Positions 8,269 to 17,122 of a DNA stretch of 64,000 nt are shown one piece after another. Origin of the DNA: Phycisphaerae bacterium (lineage in GTDB: Bacteria > Planctomycetota > Phycisphaerae > Sedimentisphaerales > Anaerobacaceae); NCBI GenBank assembly GCA_030619925.1, contig JAUXAL010000008.1:1509-65508 (forward strand), read 5' to 3'. Both the position numbers and the translations under genes were made by a program. Positions within the stretch are counted from its first letter, which is position 1. Each line of letters starts with the position of its first letter. The notes under the pieces were generated by a model. The model saw only the letters and a list, made by a program, of their open reading frames with translations. It searched no databases and was not told the origin of the DNA.

Positions 8269-9216
8269 ATGAGAACGATTGCGGTATTAAATCAAAAGGG
8301 AGGAGTGGGAAAAACCACAACAGTGGTCAATACCGCAGCAGCCCTTGCTGCCGCGGGCTCAACGGTGGTCGCTATTGACTTTGACCCTCAGGCGCATCTG
8401 ACGATACACCTCGGCCTTGAGCCGCAAATCATCGAGTCAGGCTCATATAGGGTCTTGACTCAGTCAGCTAAATTTGAAGAGGAAATTCTGTTCGTGCGTC
8501 CGAATCTTTGGCTGCTGCCTGCAAACATCAACTTGGTTGGCGCCGAAAGCGAGCTGGTGAGTGTGGTCGGCAGGGAAACCATTCTGCGAGAGGCCATTCA
8601 AACGGCCGAAGATAAATTCGATTATTGTCTTATCGACTGCGGCCCTTCGCTCGGATTGCTGACCCTCAACGCTCTCGCTGCCGCCCAGGAGGTCTTGATA
8701 CCGCTTCAACCGCATTTCCTGGCCCTGCGGGGATTCGGAAAACTGCTGCAAACCATCGAACTTGTGAACAAAAGAATCAACCCGAATCTGAAAGTCAACG
8801 GAATTTTACTGTGTATGTTCGACAGCAGGGCCTCACTTCCGAATGAAGTCAAAGCCGACATCGAACAATTCCTCAGCAAAGCACGCGGAACCAACTGCGC
8901 CTGGGCACAAGCCCGGGTTTTACCCACCGTTATCCGAAGAAATATCAAGCTCGCCGAGGCGCCAAGCTATGGCAAAACAATTTTTGAATACGAAAAAAAT
9001 TGTCACGGCGTCGAAGATTACGGGAAAGTGGCCGAATTCATACACGCTGGGTTCCCTCAATTCCAACCACCGACACACCCTGACACACAGCCTGCTGCCG
9101 CCGAAAACCAGGCCAAGCCTCCCATCGAAATCAGAACAATCTCACAACCTGATTCTAAGACACCTGCGGAATTTACACAGACAACAACCGAGCAAAATCC
9201 CCCTGAATCCGGATAA
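8269..9216 (+). CDS. ParA/Soj-family P-loop ATPase with Pro/Thr/Gln-rich C-terminal tail
   Basis: Deviant Walker A NQKGGVGKTTT at the N-terminus and a ParA-like core. A roughly 60-aa low-complexity tail (PQFQPPTHPDTQPAAAENQAKPP...) follows. Confidence 0.8.
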   Translation: MRTIAVLNQKGGVGKTTTVVNTAAALAAAGSTVVAIDFDPQAHLTIHLGLEPQIIESGSYRVLTQSAKFEEEILFVRPNLWLLPANINLVGAESELVSVVGRETILREAIQTAEDKFDYCLIDCGPSLGLLTLNALAAAQEVLIPLQPHFLALRGFGKLLQTIELVNKRINPNLKVNGILLCMFDSRASLPNEVKADIEQFLSKARGTNCAWAQARVLPTVIRRNIKLAEAPSYGKTIFEYEKNCHGVEDYGKVAEFIHAGFPQFQPPTHPDTQPAAAENQAKPPIEIRTISQPDSKTPAEFTQTTTEQNPPESG

Positions 9217-9337
9217 CCGAAGTTTCGATATTGGTGCTCATAAAAGCCGCAAGCACAGTCGGGTCCCAATCTCCGCTCCGCGTTTTCGCGCCGACAAGCT
9301 TACCCCTGCGTAGTATGTGTTTTGGCCAGGGAAAAAC

Positions 9338-9458
9338 CATCCCCAAAGCCTTCGGCTTTGAGGCTGCCACCCAAATCGAAAATTTAAAATTTGAAATTCC
9401 CGGTGTGGCAGCCTCAAGCGCAGGACTCTAGCAAAGCGGAGTCCAAGCTTGGGGATGG
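9338..9458. repeat. about 120-nt imperfect nested inverted repeat in a 350-nt ORF-free spacer
   Basis: ccatccccaaagc (9338-9350) pairs with gcttggggatgg (9447-9458). gaggctgccac (9360-9370) pairs with gtggcagcctc (9405-9415). Inner hairpin ggactc...gagtcc. Confidence 0.6.
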
Positions 9459-9568
9459 CCATTTAAGCCACACATCGCTAAACACGTACCCTGCGTAGGC
9501 AGGGGGCAGCTAACGTCATCGCGATCATAACGCAGATAAAACGGTCCCGCCGAACGACTTCGGCGAGC

Positions 9569-10267
9569 TTAGTCGGACCAGCTTTTCTCTGAGATTAACT
9601 GTTGTGGGTTTTGCAATTGTTCTGCGATAAAGGCTAAAAACTGCGCCGCGTAGTTTCCGTTAATAACTCTGTGGTCAACTGCCAGGGACAGGCCGACCAT
9701 TTTTCGTACTGCTATTTTATCATTTTCGCCCCGATACATCGCCGTGGGCACTACATTACCGACGGCCAATATAGTGCTGGTTGGCGGCGGTACGATTCCC
9801 AAAAAGGAATCGATGCCGTAGGCGCCCAGATTGCTCAGCGCTATAGTTTCGCCTTCTATATCTTCAAGTGTCAATCGATTATCACGTGCTTTATCGGTCA
9901 ACGACGTTTCCTCGCGGGCAATTTCTGCCAACGTTTTCTTGCCGGCATCCTTCACCACCGGCACAACAAGGCCTTGCGGAGCGCTGACTGCAAAGCCGAC
10001 ATTGACGCGCTGGGCAATCCTTATATTGTCACCGTCAAGCTTACCTGCCGCGAGAGGATATTTTTGCACCGCCAGCCCCAGGGCACGAATATAGAAAGCG
10101 TTTGTGGTTATTTTGATGCCCAATGATTTTCTAAGTCTGGGCCGGATGGCCATTAGTTCGGTAACGTCTGTTCTTGACTCAACGTAAAAACAGGCCTTAC
10201 TCAGCTTGGATTCCAGCATCCTTTTGCCGGCGAGTTTCTGGATTCTGGTTAGTGGGATATGACGCAT
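9569..10267 (-). CDS. stand-alone 2-oxoacid dehydrogenase E2-type acyltransferase catalytic domain
   Basis: 232-aa ORF with SNLGAYG and LSLAVDHRVINGNYAAQF (the DHRxxDG active-site region, here with N for D). No lipoyl or subunit-binding domain. Confidence 0.7.
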   Translation of the reverse strand: MRHIPLTRIQKLAGKRMLESKLSKACFYVESRTDVTELMAIRPRLRKSLGIKITTNAFYIRALGLAVQKYPLAAGKLDGDNIRIAQRVNVGFAVSAPQGLVVPVVKDAGKKTLAEIAREETSLTDKARDNRLTLEDIEGETIALSNLGAYGIDSFLGIVPPPTSTILAVGNVVPTAMYRGENDKIAVRKMVGLSLAVDHRVINGNYAAQFLAFIAEQLQNPQQLISEKSWSD

Positions 10268-10670
10268 CTCGTATCTCGTTTCACGCTTCGGTTTCCATTT
10301 TGCGGCTAAGTCAGGTTCCGAATGTTTTATTATTTTTCTTCATACGTGCCGGGTCAATTGTAATAAGTTTGACACCGTGATGCAACTTTGATATAAGTAA
10401 TTGTCGTCACATCATTGTTCCTCAAGAAAAACTGGTATGATAAATTGGAAGCGGGGCCCCAAACGCAATAAGACGCGTGTAGGAGCCCAGGCAGATTGAT
10501 TATGAGAAAACGTAGCTTGCTAAGACATTTTTGTGAGGCGGCGGTATTATCACCGTCGAGAAGTAAAACAAGAACAGCGGTAAGCTCAGTAGTTGAAGGA
10601 ATTAGACAAATACTGTTTCCGCAACAGGAACTATTTAAGACGCTATGGCCTTACGAACAGGAGAATCAGA

Positions 10671-12215
10671 ATGAATAGACGGCAATTTTTGAAAACAGTA
10701 TCGGCAGGTATGTTTGTTCCAGCTTTGATATCGCGTCTTGCCGACGCCGAAGGCGCAAGTAACAAACCGAATATTCTCGTGATCATGGCTGACGATATGG
10801 GCTATTCCGATATCGGCTGCTATGGTGGAGAGATTAGTACGCCGAACCTCGACAGCCTGGCGGCAGGTGGAATGCGTTTTACACAGTTTTACAACTGTGC
10901 CAAATGCAGTCCGACCCGCGCATCTCTTCTGACCGGCCAGTACGATCAGGCTGTGGGAGTCAAAAACATGGAGCACGGCAGCACGTTCGCAGAGGTGCTG
11001 CGGGCTGCGGGCTATCGAACAATCGCCTCCGGTAAATGGCATCAGGACCCCCTTCCCACGACCCGTGGTTTCGACAGGTATTTCGGCTTGGCCGACGGGT
11101 GCTGTAATTATTGGAATCCCGGAACCAGGGCCAGACCCGGCGAGGGCAAGCCCGGCCGGAAAAGACCAACACCACGTCGCTGGGCCATTGAGGATAAAGC
11201 AATCATGGGCTATGTACCTGAGGACAAGAACTTCTACACTACCGATGCCTTTACGGACTACGCGGTCGACAGGCTCGATGAATATAAGGGTGAGGATAGA
11301 CCTCTTCTGCTGTATCTTCCGTATACTGCCCCTCATTATCCCCTGCACGCCTGGCCCGAGGACATCGCCAAATACCGCAACAAATACAGGATCGGGTGGG
11401 ACAAGATCCGCCAGCGCCGCTACAAGCGTCAGATCGAGATGGGCATTATCGATGCGAAATTTGCGCTCTCTCAACGGGATGAGCGTGTAAAGAAATGGGA
11501 TTTGCTCACCGAGTCGGAGAAGGACGCCGAAGACCTCAAGATGGCGGTATATGCCGCGATGATTGAATGCATGGATCGTGGGATAGGACGGGTGATTGCC
11601 AAACTCAAAGAAATCGGTAGATGGCGAAATACACTGGTGCTGTTTCTCTCTGATAACGGCGGCTGCGCCGAGACTCCTGATAGGACTCCTGACATACCGC
11701 CGGGACCTCTGGAGGGCTATCGGGCGTTAGGACCGGCCTGGGCCAATGCCAGTAATACGCCCTATCGGAAATACAAATCGACCGACTATGAAGGTGGCAA
11801 CTGCACGCCCTTTATTGCGTCCTGGCCCCGCGTGATCAAGCCGGGGCAGATCACCGAGCAGGTAGGGCATATTATTGATGTCCTCCCGACTTTTATGGAG
11901 GTCGCCGGGGCCGGTTATCCCGACCGGATCGATGGTAGAAAACTTAAGAGGCCGTCGGGAAAGTCGCTTTTGCCCATTTTCAAGGGCAGGAAAAGAAAGG
12001 GACATGATGTCCTCTATTGGCAGTTCGGCAATGCAAAGGCCGTTCGCAAAGGTGACTGGAAACTTGTGAAATACGGCCGTTCTGACTGGGAGCTATACGA
12101 CCTGGCCAGAGACAGGACGGAATTAAACGACCTGGCCGGACGATATCCGGACAAAGTCGAAGAGATGACCGGAATGTGGGAGAAATGGTGGACAAGTGTA
12201 GGGGGCAAGAAATAG
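10671..12215 (+). CDS. arylsulfatase-family (formylglycine-dependent) sulfatase with Tat-type signal
   Basis: MNRRQFLK twin-arginine leader after an AGGAGA RBS. PNILVIMADDMGYSD and CSPTRASLLTG (C-x-P-x-R) motifs. Start moved to ATG 10671 inside ORF 10593..12215. Confidence 0.85.
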   Translation: MNRRQFLKTVSAGMFVPALISRLADAEGASNKPNILVIMADDMGYSDIGCYGGEISTPNLDSLAAGGMRFTQFYNCAKCSPTRASLLTGQYDQAVGVKNMEHGSTFAEVLRAAGYRTIASGKWHQDPLPTTRGFDRYFGLADGCCNYWNPGTRARPGEGKPGRKRPTPRRWAIEDKAIMGYVPEDKNFYTTDAFTDYAVDRLDEYKGEDRPLLLYLPYTAPHYPLHAWPEDIAKYRNKYRIGWDKIRQRRYKRQIEMGIIDAKFALSQRDERVKKWDLLTESEKDAEDLKMAVYAAMIECMDRGIGRVIAKLKEIGRWRNTLVLFLSDNGGCAETPDRTPDIPPGPLEGYRALGPAWANASNTPYRKYKSTDYEGGNCTPFIASWPRVIKPGQITEQVGHIIDVLPTFMEVAGAGYPDRIDGRKLKRPSGKSLLPIFKGRKRKGHDVLYWQFGNAKAVRKGDWKLVKYGRSDWELYDLARDRTELNDLAGRYPDKVEEMTGMWEKWWTSVGGKK

Positions 12216-12435
12216 TCAACAGAAGGTAGTACTAAGATTCAGATTTCAGGTCGAGCCCAGGGAATTGAAGGAAATATGGCGTTATGAAACAAAACGTGAC
12301 AATAAGCCGCCCCAAAGACAGGATACGTTCGGCGTAATGTTCCGTCAGAATCGAGCATATTCTGGCATGTTTGTTGAATCCTGGGAAAATAATGATTCCG
12401 ACGATGAGCCCGGTTACTAAAAGGAGTTATGATAA

Positions 12436-12509
12436 TGGGCGATACAGGATTCGAACCTGTGACCTCACGGGTGTGATCCGTGCGCTCTAGCCAACTGAGC
12501 TAATCGCCC
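12436..12509 (-). tRNA. tRNA-Val (anticodon CAC)
   Basis: Hand fold: acceptor GGGCGAU/AUCGCCC, D arm GCUC-AGUUGGCUA-GAGC, anticodon stem CACGG/CCGUG with loop AUCACAC, T arm ACAGG-UUCGAAU-CCUGU, discriminator A. Confidence 0.9.
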
Positions 12510-12582
12510 CGTTGTTCGATTTCTCCTGATTGAATCAGGGGTTGAAAGTATAAATCATAAACCGCAAATCGTCAATCCCAAA

Positions 12583-12999
12583 TTAACTCGCGACAACATT
12601 GATACGTCCTAATTTGACACCCTTCATGCTCAATATGCTCTCGGCCACCTTATTGATTTCGCCGACACGTCCTCGGAGCACAATTACCTCCAGACAATTG
12701 TGCTCATCCAGGTGAACGTGCAGAGAAGAAATCACTTGCAGGGACGAAGCCAGAATATGCATATGTTGCAGGTCTATCAGCTTTTCCGTCAGCTTTGTCG
12801 AATGATGGTCGTAAACCAGAAATACGGCAGCGACCGCTTTGGATTTTGGATGCCGGAGACGCTCGGCGCTTAGCTGCCGGCGTACAAGGTCGCGTATCGC
12901 CTCGGACCGGCTCTGGTAACCCTGCTCGCCGATGAGCTTATCGAACTTCGTAAGCAGCTTTTTATCCAGTGATACCCCTATACGTTCGACTCGGTTCAT
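12583..12999 (-). CDS. nikR: nickel-responsive regulator NikR (ribbon-helix-helix plus ACT-like domain)
   Basis: RIGVSLDKKLLTKFDKLIGEQGYQSRSEAIRDLVR (CopG/RHH) followed by VYDHH and HVHLDEHNCLEV metal-site-like segments. Start set at internal ATG (MNRVERIG). Confidence 0.7.
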   Translation of the reverse strand: MNRVERIGVSLDKKLLTKFDKLIGEQGYQSRSEAIRDLVRRQLSAERLRHPKSKAVAAVFLVYDHHSTKLTEKLIDLQHMHILASSLQVISSLHVHLDEHNCLEVIVLRGRVGEINKVAESILSMKGVKLGRINVVAS

Positions 13000-13073
13000 T
13001 TTTGTTCCCTTTATTGAGCTTTGCGGCGTTAATACAATATAGTGGTCCATCACAACTCAAATGATGGATGAAT

Positions 13074-13167
13074 GTCATTCCTGCGAAAGCAGGAATCCAG
13101 ATGTATCGAAGTTCTGGATTCCGCATCAAAGCCTGCCCTGAGCAAAGCCGAATGGGTGCGGAATGAC
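13074..13167. repeat. 94-bp element with terminal inverted repeats gtcattcc(t)gc / gcggaatgac and two internal hairpins
   Basis: gtcattcctgc at 13074 and gcggaatgac at 13158-13167. Internal cctgc-gaaa-gcagg and ggaatccag...ctggattcc. Confidence 0.65.
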
Positions 13168-13245
13168 AATTCCTCAAATCATCTGTCACAGACCACCAGG
13201 GTGGCACCCTCAAACTTGTTTGGGGGTGTTCTCAACGAAAATCGA

Positions 13246-15120
13246 TTATGGCTTATGCACTTTAGTCTCTTTGCTCGTAACGTAGATTACCTGCTCGGCA
13301 AACAGATTCGGCGCGAATCTTACCGGGCCAAGACGCGTTTTAGTCAGCGGTATCTTCTCTTCCACCTTGACGCCCAGCTCTTTGCAAAACTCGTCAAAAT
13401 CTTTCATCGACAGAAAATGTATGTTCGGCGAGTTGTGCCAGCCGAAAGGCAACTGCTTAGTTACAGGAGCTTTACCACGCAGCGACAAGTGTACTCTGCA
13501 TCGCCAGTGGGCAAAGTTGGGAAAGCTCACAATCACTTTCTTGCCTACTCGCAGCAATTCGGTAAAAACCTTTTCGGGATTTTTTACCGTCTGCACCGTT
13601 TGCGACAGTATCACATAATCGAAGCTCTTGTCACCGTAATATCTCAGTCCCTGTTCAATATCCTGCTGAATAATCGGCAGCCGCCGGCAGACACAATCAA
13701 GCACAAGCTCCTGGTTAAGCTCGATGCCGTCGCCTTTTATGTTCTTGTCACGCACAAGATTGGCCAGTAACTCTCCGTCACCGCAGCCGACGTCAAGCAC
13801 TGTGCTGTTCGGTTCAATAAGAGATTCTATCAGCTCGTAATCCACACGCGCCCTGTGCGCGTGCTCAAACTTGCTGAGCTCCCGCATACTCCGTGCGTAA
13901 CACGAACACGGCTGCTGCTCTGTCTGAAGCCTGTAGGTAGCCTGTAAAAAACAGCAAATGAACCAGCCTAATATTTCCGGCTCTAATAAAAACGCATCAT
14001 GGCCGTAAGGCGATGCAATGTCACAATAACTTACGTCCTTCCTGTTTGCAGCAAGAGCTTCGACCATCGCCCTGGATTGAGCCGGCGCATAGAGCCAGTC
14101 ACTCGCAAAACTAACTACGAGGAATCTCGATTTGACGTTCGCAAAGGCCTTGTTTAACGACCCGTATTCCTTTTGCAGGTCAAAATAGTCCGCCGCCTTG
14201 GTTATGTACAGATAACTGTTCGCGTCGAACCTTTCCACGAAGGTCTGCCCCTGATAGTCCAGGTATGTCTCAACTGCGAACTCGGAGTTGAAATCGTAGC
14301 TGTATTGCTCGGCGCTTCGCAGTTTCCGACCGAACTTCTCGCGCATACCCTGTTCCGAGAGATACGTTATATGCCCAATCATTCGCGCAATTGCCAGACC
14401 TCTATCCGGGCCTCTTTTGTCTTCGTATTGTCCGCCGGCGAAGTTCGCATCCGCTAATATCGCATTTCGACCTACCGTATCAAACGCAATTGACTGTGCA
14501 CCAAGATGGCTGGTTGTAGCAATAGGTAATGCAGCTTTCACAAAGTCAGGATACTCAATCGCCCACTGCAGAACCTGCATCCCGCCAATCGAACCTCCAA
14601 TTACCGCCAAAAGCTGTTTTATCTCCAGCTTATCTAACAATAGCTTTTGGACCCTGACCATATCGGCTATGGTGATAATCGGAAAGTCCAAACCGTATGG
14701 CTTGCCTGTTTCCGGATTAATCGAAGATGGCCCTGTGGTCCCACTGCAGCCGCCGAGGAAATTTGAGCAAATAACGAAATACTTATTTGTATCGATTCCT
14801 TTACCAGGCCCGACCATAACATCCCACCAGCCGGGCTTTTTGTCATCAGCACTATTGTAGCCGGCAACATGAGCGTTGCCGCTGAGAGCGTGGCAAATTA
14901 AGATGGCGTTATCGCCGGCGGCATTAAGCTGCCCGTATGTCTCATAGGCCGCATCAATCGGAGCCAAGCTCTTGCCGCAGTCCAGCTCCAACGGCTGCTC
15001 CGGCTCCACCAGCCGTATTGTCTGCGTCTGCACAATGCCAACCGAATTTTTCCCAATCTCTGCCATAGCGCCAATTAAGTATAGCCAAAAACTTCCGCCT
15101 GTAAAGCCCCGCAGCGACAA
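13246..15120 (-). CDS. metX: fused homoserine O-acetyltransferase (MetX) and MetW-like methyltransferase-fold domain
   Basis: The N-terminal part has the MetX alpha/beta-hydrolase pattern (GGSIGGMQVLQW nucleophile elbow, ICHALSGNAHVAG). The C-terminal roughly 200 aa has the MetW pattern (VLDVGCGDGELL). A likely alternative start is at 15066 (MAEIGKN). Confidence 0.8.
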   Translation of the reverse strand: MSLRGFTGGSFWLYLIGAMAEIGKNSVGIVQTQTIRLVEPEQPLELDCGKSLAPIDAAYETYGQLNAAGDNAILICHALSGNAHVAGYNSADDKKPGWWDVMVGPGKGIDTNKYFVICSNFLGGCSGTTGPSSINPETGKPYGLDFPIITIADMVRVQKLLLDKLEIKQLLAVIGGSIGGMQVLQWAIEYPDFVKAALPIATTSHLGAQSIAFDTVGRNAILADANFAGGQYEDKRGPDRGLAIARMIGHITYLSEQGMREKFGRKLRSAEQYSYDFNSEFAVETYLDYQGQTFVERFDANSYLYITKAADYFDLQKEYGSLNKAFANVKSRFLVVSFASDWLYAPAQSRAMVEALAANRKDVSYCDIASPYGHDAFLLEPEILGWFICCFLQATYRLQTEQQPCSCYARSMRELSKFEHAHRARVDYELIESLIEPNSTVLDVGCGDGELLANLVRDKNIKGDGIELNQELVLDCVCRRLPIIQQDIEQGLRYYGDKSFDYVILSQTVQTVKNPEKVFTELLRVGKKVIVSFPNFAHWRCRVHLSLRGKAPVTKQLPFGWHNSPNIHFLSMKDFDEFCKELGVKVEEKIPLTKTRLGPVRFAPNLFAEQVIYVTSKETKVHKP

Positions 15121-15285
15121 ACTATTGAATGAAACTGCTGGTCATCCCGAAAACTAATTTGTAGTACATTCCTTAAACTACCAAAAACTTTTGAGGGTGT
15201 GGTTGCAGCTCTCCAATTCTATCCGCGCTGAAATTCTGGAACAAACGGCTGAAGCTCAATGAGCAGGTGAAAGAATATAAATGCG

Positions 15286-16167
15286 TTATTTTCTCCCCAA
15301 TTGCCGGATGACATCGACCAATGCCTGGGTTCCGTCCCGGCCTCGGCCCTGGGCCTGAAGGACGGCCAATAACTGCCTGGCTAAAGCCACACCCGGTAGG
15401 GGCTGCTTTAACTGCTCAGCATACTCGAGAACCAGCCGCAAATCCTTTTGTTGCAAATCAACCATAAAGGCAGGCTTCAAATCGCCGGCAATTACTTTTG
15501 GTCCCAGGGCTTTCAGCGAGTGACTTGCCGCAGCACCTGCAGAAGTTACTTTCAAGGTAGTCTCCAAATCCAGACCTGCTTTTTCGGCAAACGCAAGACC
15601 TTCGGCGAGGCTCATTATCGTGTGAATGACCATTATCTGGTTGGCCAGCTTTGTCATCTGCCCTGAACCGAGTGGGCCGCAATAGGTCACCGTTCGTCCC
15701 ATTACCTCCATAACCGGACGCACCTTTTCTACCGCTTCTTTCGGCCCGCCCATCATTATCGAAAGCTTGCCTTCTATCGCTCCTATTTCACCACCGCTTA
15801 TAGGTGCATCGATTAAGGTTACACCTTTACCTTCAAGAATTTGCCCCATCTCTTTTGTCGCCGCTGGTGATATGGTGCTCATATCTATGCAGATAAGGCC
15901 CGGCCTTGCTGCTGCAATTACGCCGCTCTTACCGAGCAATACCTGCCGAACATCGGGTGTGTCGGTGACACAGGTTATTACAACGTCACTGCGGTTCGCA
16001 ACATCGGCAGGATTTGCAGCCCAGGCTGCACCCTCGGTGAGGAGCTGCTCAGCCTTTGTTCTTGTGCGATTGTGGATGGTCAGCCGGTATCCCGCCTTTA
16101 ACAGGTTGAGCGCCATCGGCTTACCCATGATACCGGTACCAACAAAGCCGATTCTCTCTTTGGCCAT
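15286..16167 (-). CDS. NAD(P)-dependent 3-hydroxyisobutyrate / 2-hydroxy-3-oxopropionate reductase family dehydrogenase
   Basis: IGFVGTGIMGKPMALNL Rossmann motif and 6-phosphogluconate-dehydrogenase-like C-terminal domain, 293 aa. Confidence 0.8.
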   Translation of the reverse strand: MAKERIGFVGTGIMGKPMALNLLKAGYRLTIHNRTRTKAEQLLTEGAAWAANPADVANRSDVVITCVTDTPDVRQVLLGKSGVIAAARPGLICIDMSTISPAATKEMGQILEGKGVTLIDAPISGGEIGAIEGKLSIMMGGPKEAVEKVRPVMEVMGRTVTYCGPLGSGQMTKLANQIMVIHTIMSLAEGLAFAEKAGLDLETTLKVTSAGAAASHSLKALGPKVIAGDLKPAFMVDLQQKDLRLVLEYAEQLKQPLPGVALARQLLAVLQAQGRGRDGTQALVDVIRQLGRK

Positions 16168-16171
16168 CTTT

Positions 16172-16963
16172 TTACATCACCTCGAGCCGGCGACGAATGG
16201 CTTTTGTCCACCGGCAGCTTCGCATGTGCGAGAGGATAAGCAATAGCATTATCAGCAGCCAGTAACCGGTGAACCGCAAATAGTAAAGGATGGTAGAAAA
16301 TATGCCGCTGGTTTCAGCAGAATACCACTTTGCCAGCTCACAGGGAGTATACATCGCTCCCGTAACTACACAGCCAAATACACTCTGCCACGGCAACAGC
16401 AGAACCAGCATAACCAGCGAGATGAAAAATGCTCTGCAAATATGGTTTATTCCGCCCAGCCTGCCTACCAACGAAACCTTTAAGGCCAAAAGTATTGTCA
16501 GGCAGTAAAGCGTAGCTGTCAGTATAAGCACAGCGTTAACAAAGCGGACCAGCCAGGCCAAATGTCCGAATGTCATGCCAAATAGGGAGTTCGCTGACTT
16601 CGGCGAGCTCGGTCGGGCCGCGGCGGATTGCTGGGGCTCCACCGATAGGCGTCCTGCGGACTGCGGTATCGCTTCGGCTGGCTGGTTTGCCTTCGCGGCC
16701 ACCTTTTTTGCAGCCTCGTCAATGTCCTGTACGTTTTCACGTGGGACCCCACCTACAACAGCAGCCTCATTACCCTCGTTCTCTTCACAAGTTCCAATGT
16801 AGCCGGTATCTACGAGCCAGAAGGATATCTGCAGCAGCAGAAGACACGAAATTACGATTGCAAACAAAAAGTTTTTCCATCCTCTGACCACGTCAAAAAC
16901 ATCGAGGCAATCTTGAGTATCCGATAAATCTTTTGGTCTGGTCTGGTTTTCATTCATTTTCAA
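16172..16963 (-). CDS. hypothetical polytopic membrane protein
   Basis: 263-aa ORF with one N-terminal and about 4 C-terminal hydrophobic segments. It lies 4 nt upstream of the dehydrogenase gene (co-oriented). Confidence 0.55.
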   Translation of the reverse strand: MKMNENQTRPKDLSDTQDCLDVFDVVRGWKNFLFAIVISCLLLLQISFWLVDTGYIGTCEENEGNEAAVVGGVPRENVQDIDEAAKKVAAKANQPAEAIPQSAGRLSVEPQQSAAARPSSPKSANSLFGMTFGHLAWLVRFVNAVLILTATLYCLTILLALKVSLVGRLGGINHICRAFFISLVMLVLLLPWQSVFGCVVTGAMYTPCELAKWYSAETSGIFSTILYYLRFTGYWLLIMLLLILSHMRSCRWTKAIRRRLEVM

Positions 16964-17122
16964 ATCTCCTAATTTGGTTAATCGGTTAGTTAACTACTCA
17001 CCATTTCCACGAGCATCGAGCATCTGGTATCCCTTTTTGAATTATTATGTTTTGTGCCTGCTGTAAGTGCAAGGAATTTATTTGTGCTCAAAAGCGGGCT
17101 CCTTCTCTATGAGATTAGCCTG

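Noticed and set aside
10635-11474. 279-aa minus-strand ORF
   Set aside because: It is antisense to the sulfatase gene, has an Arg/Pro-rich shadow composition and carries no motifs.
13072-13770. 232-aa plus-strand ORF
   Set aside because: It starts inside the 13074-13167 repeat element (MSFLRKQESR is a repeat-derived peptide) and then runs antisense to the MetW-domain coding region.
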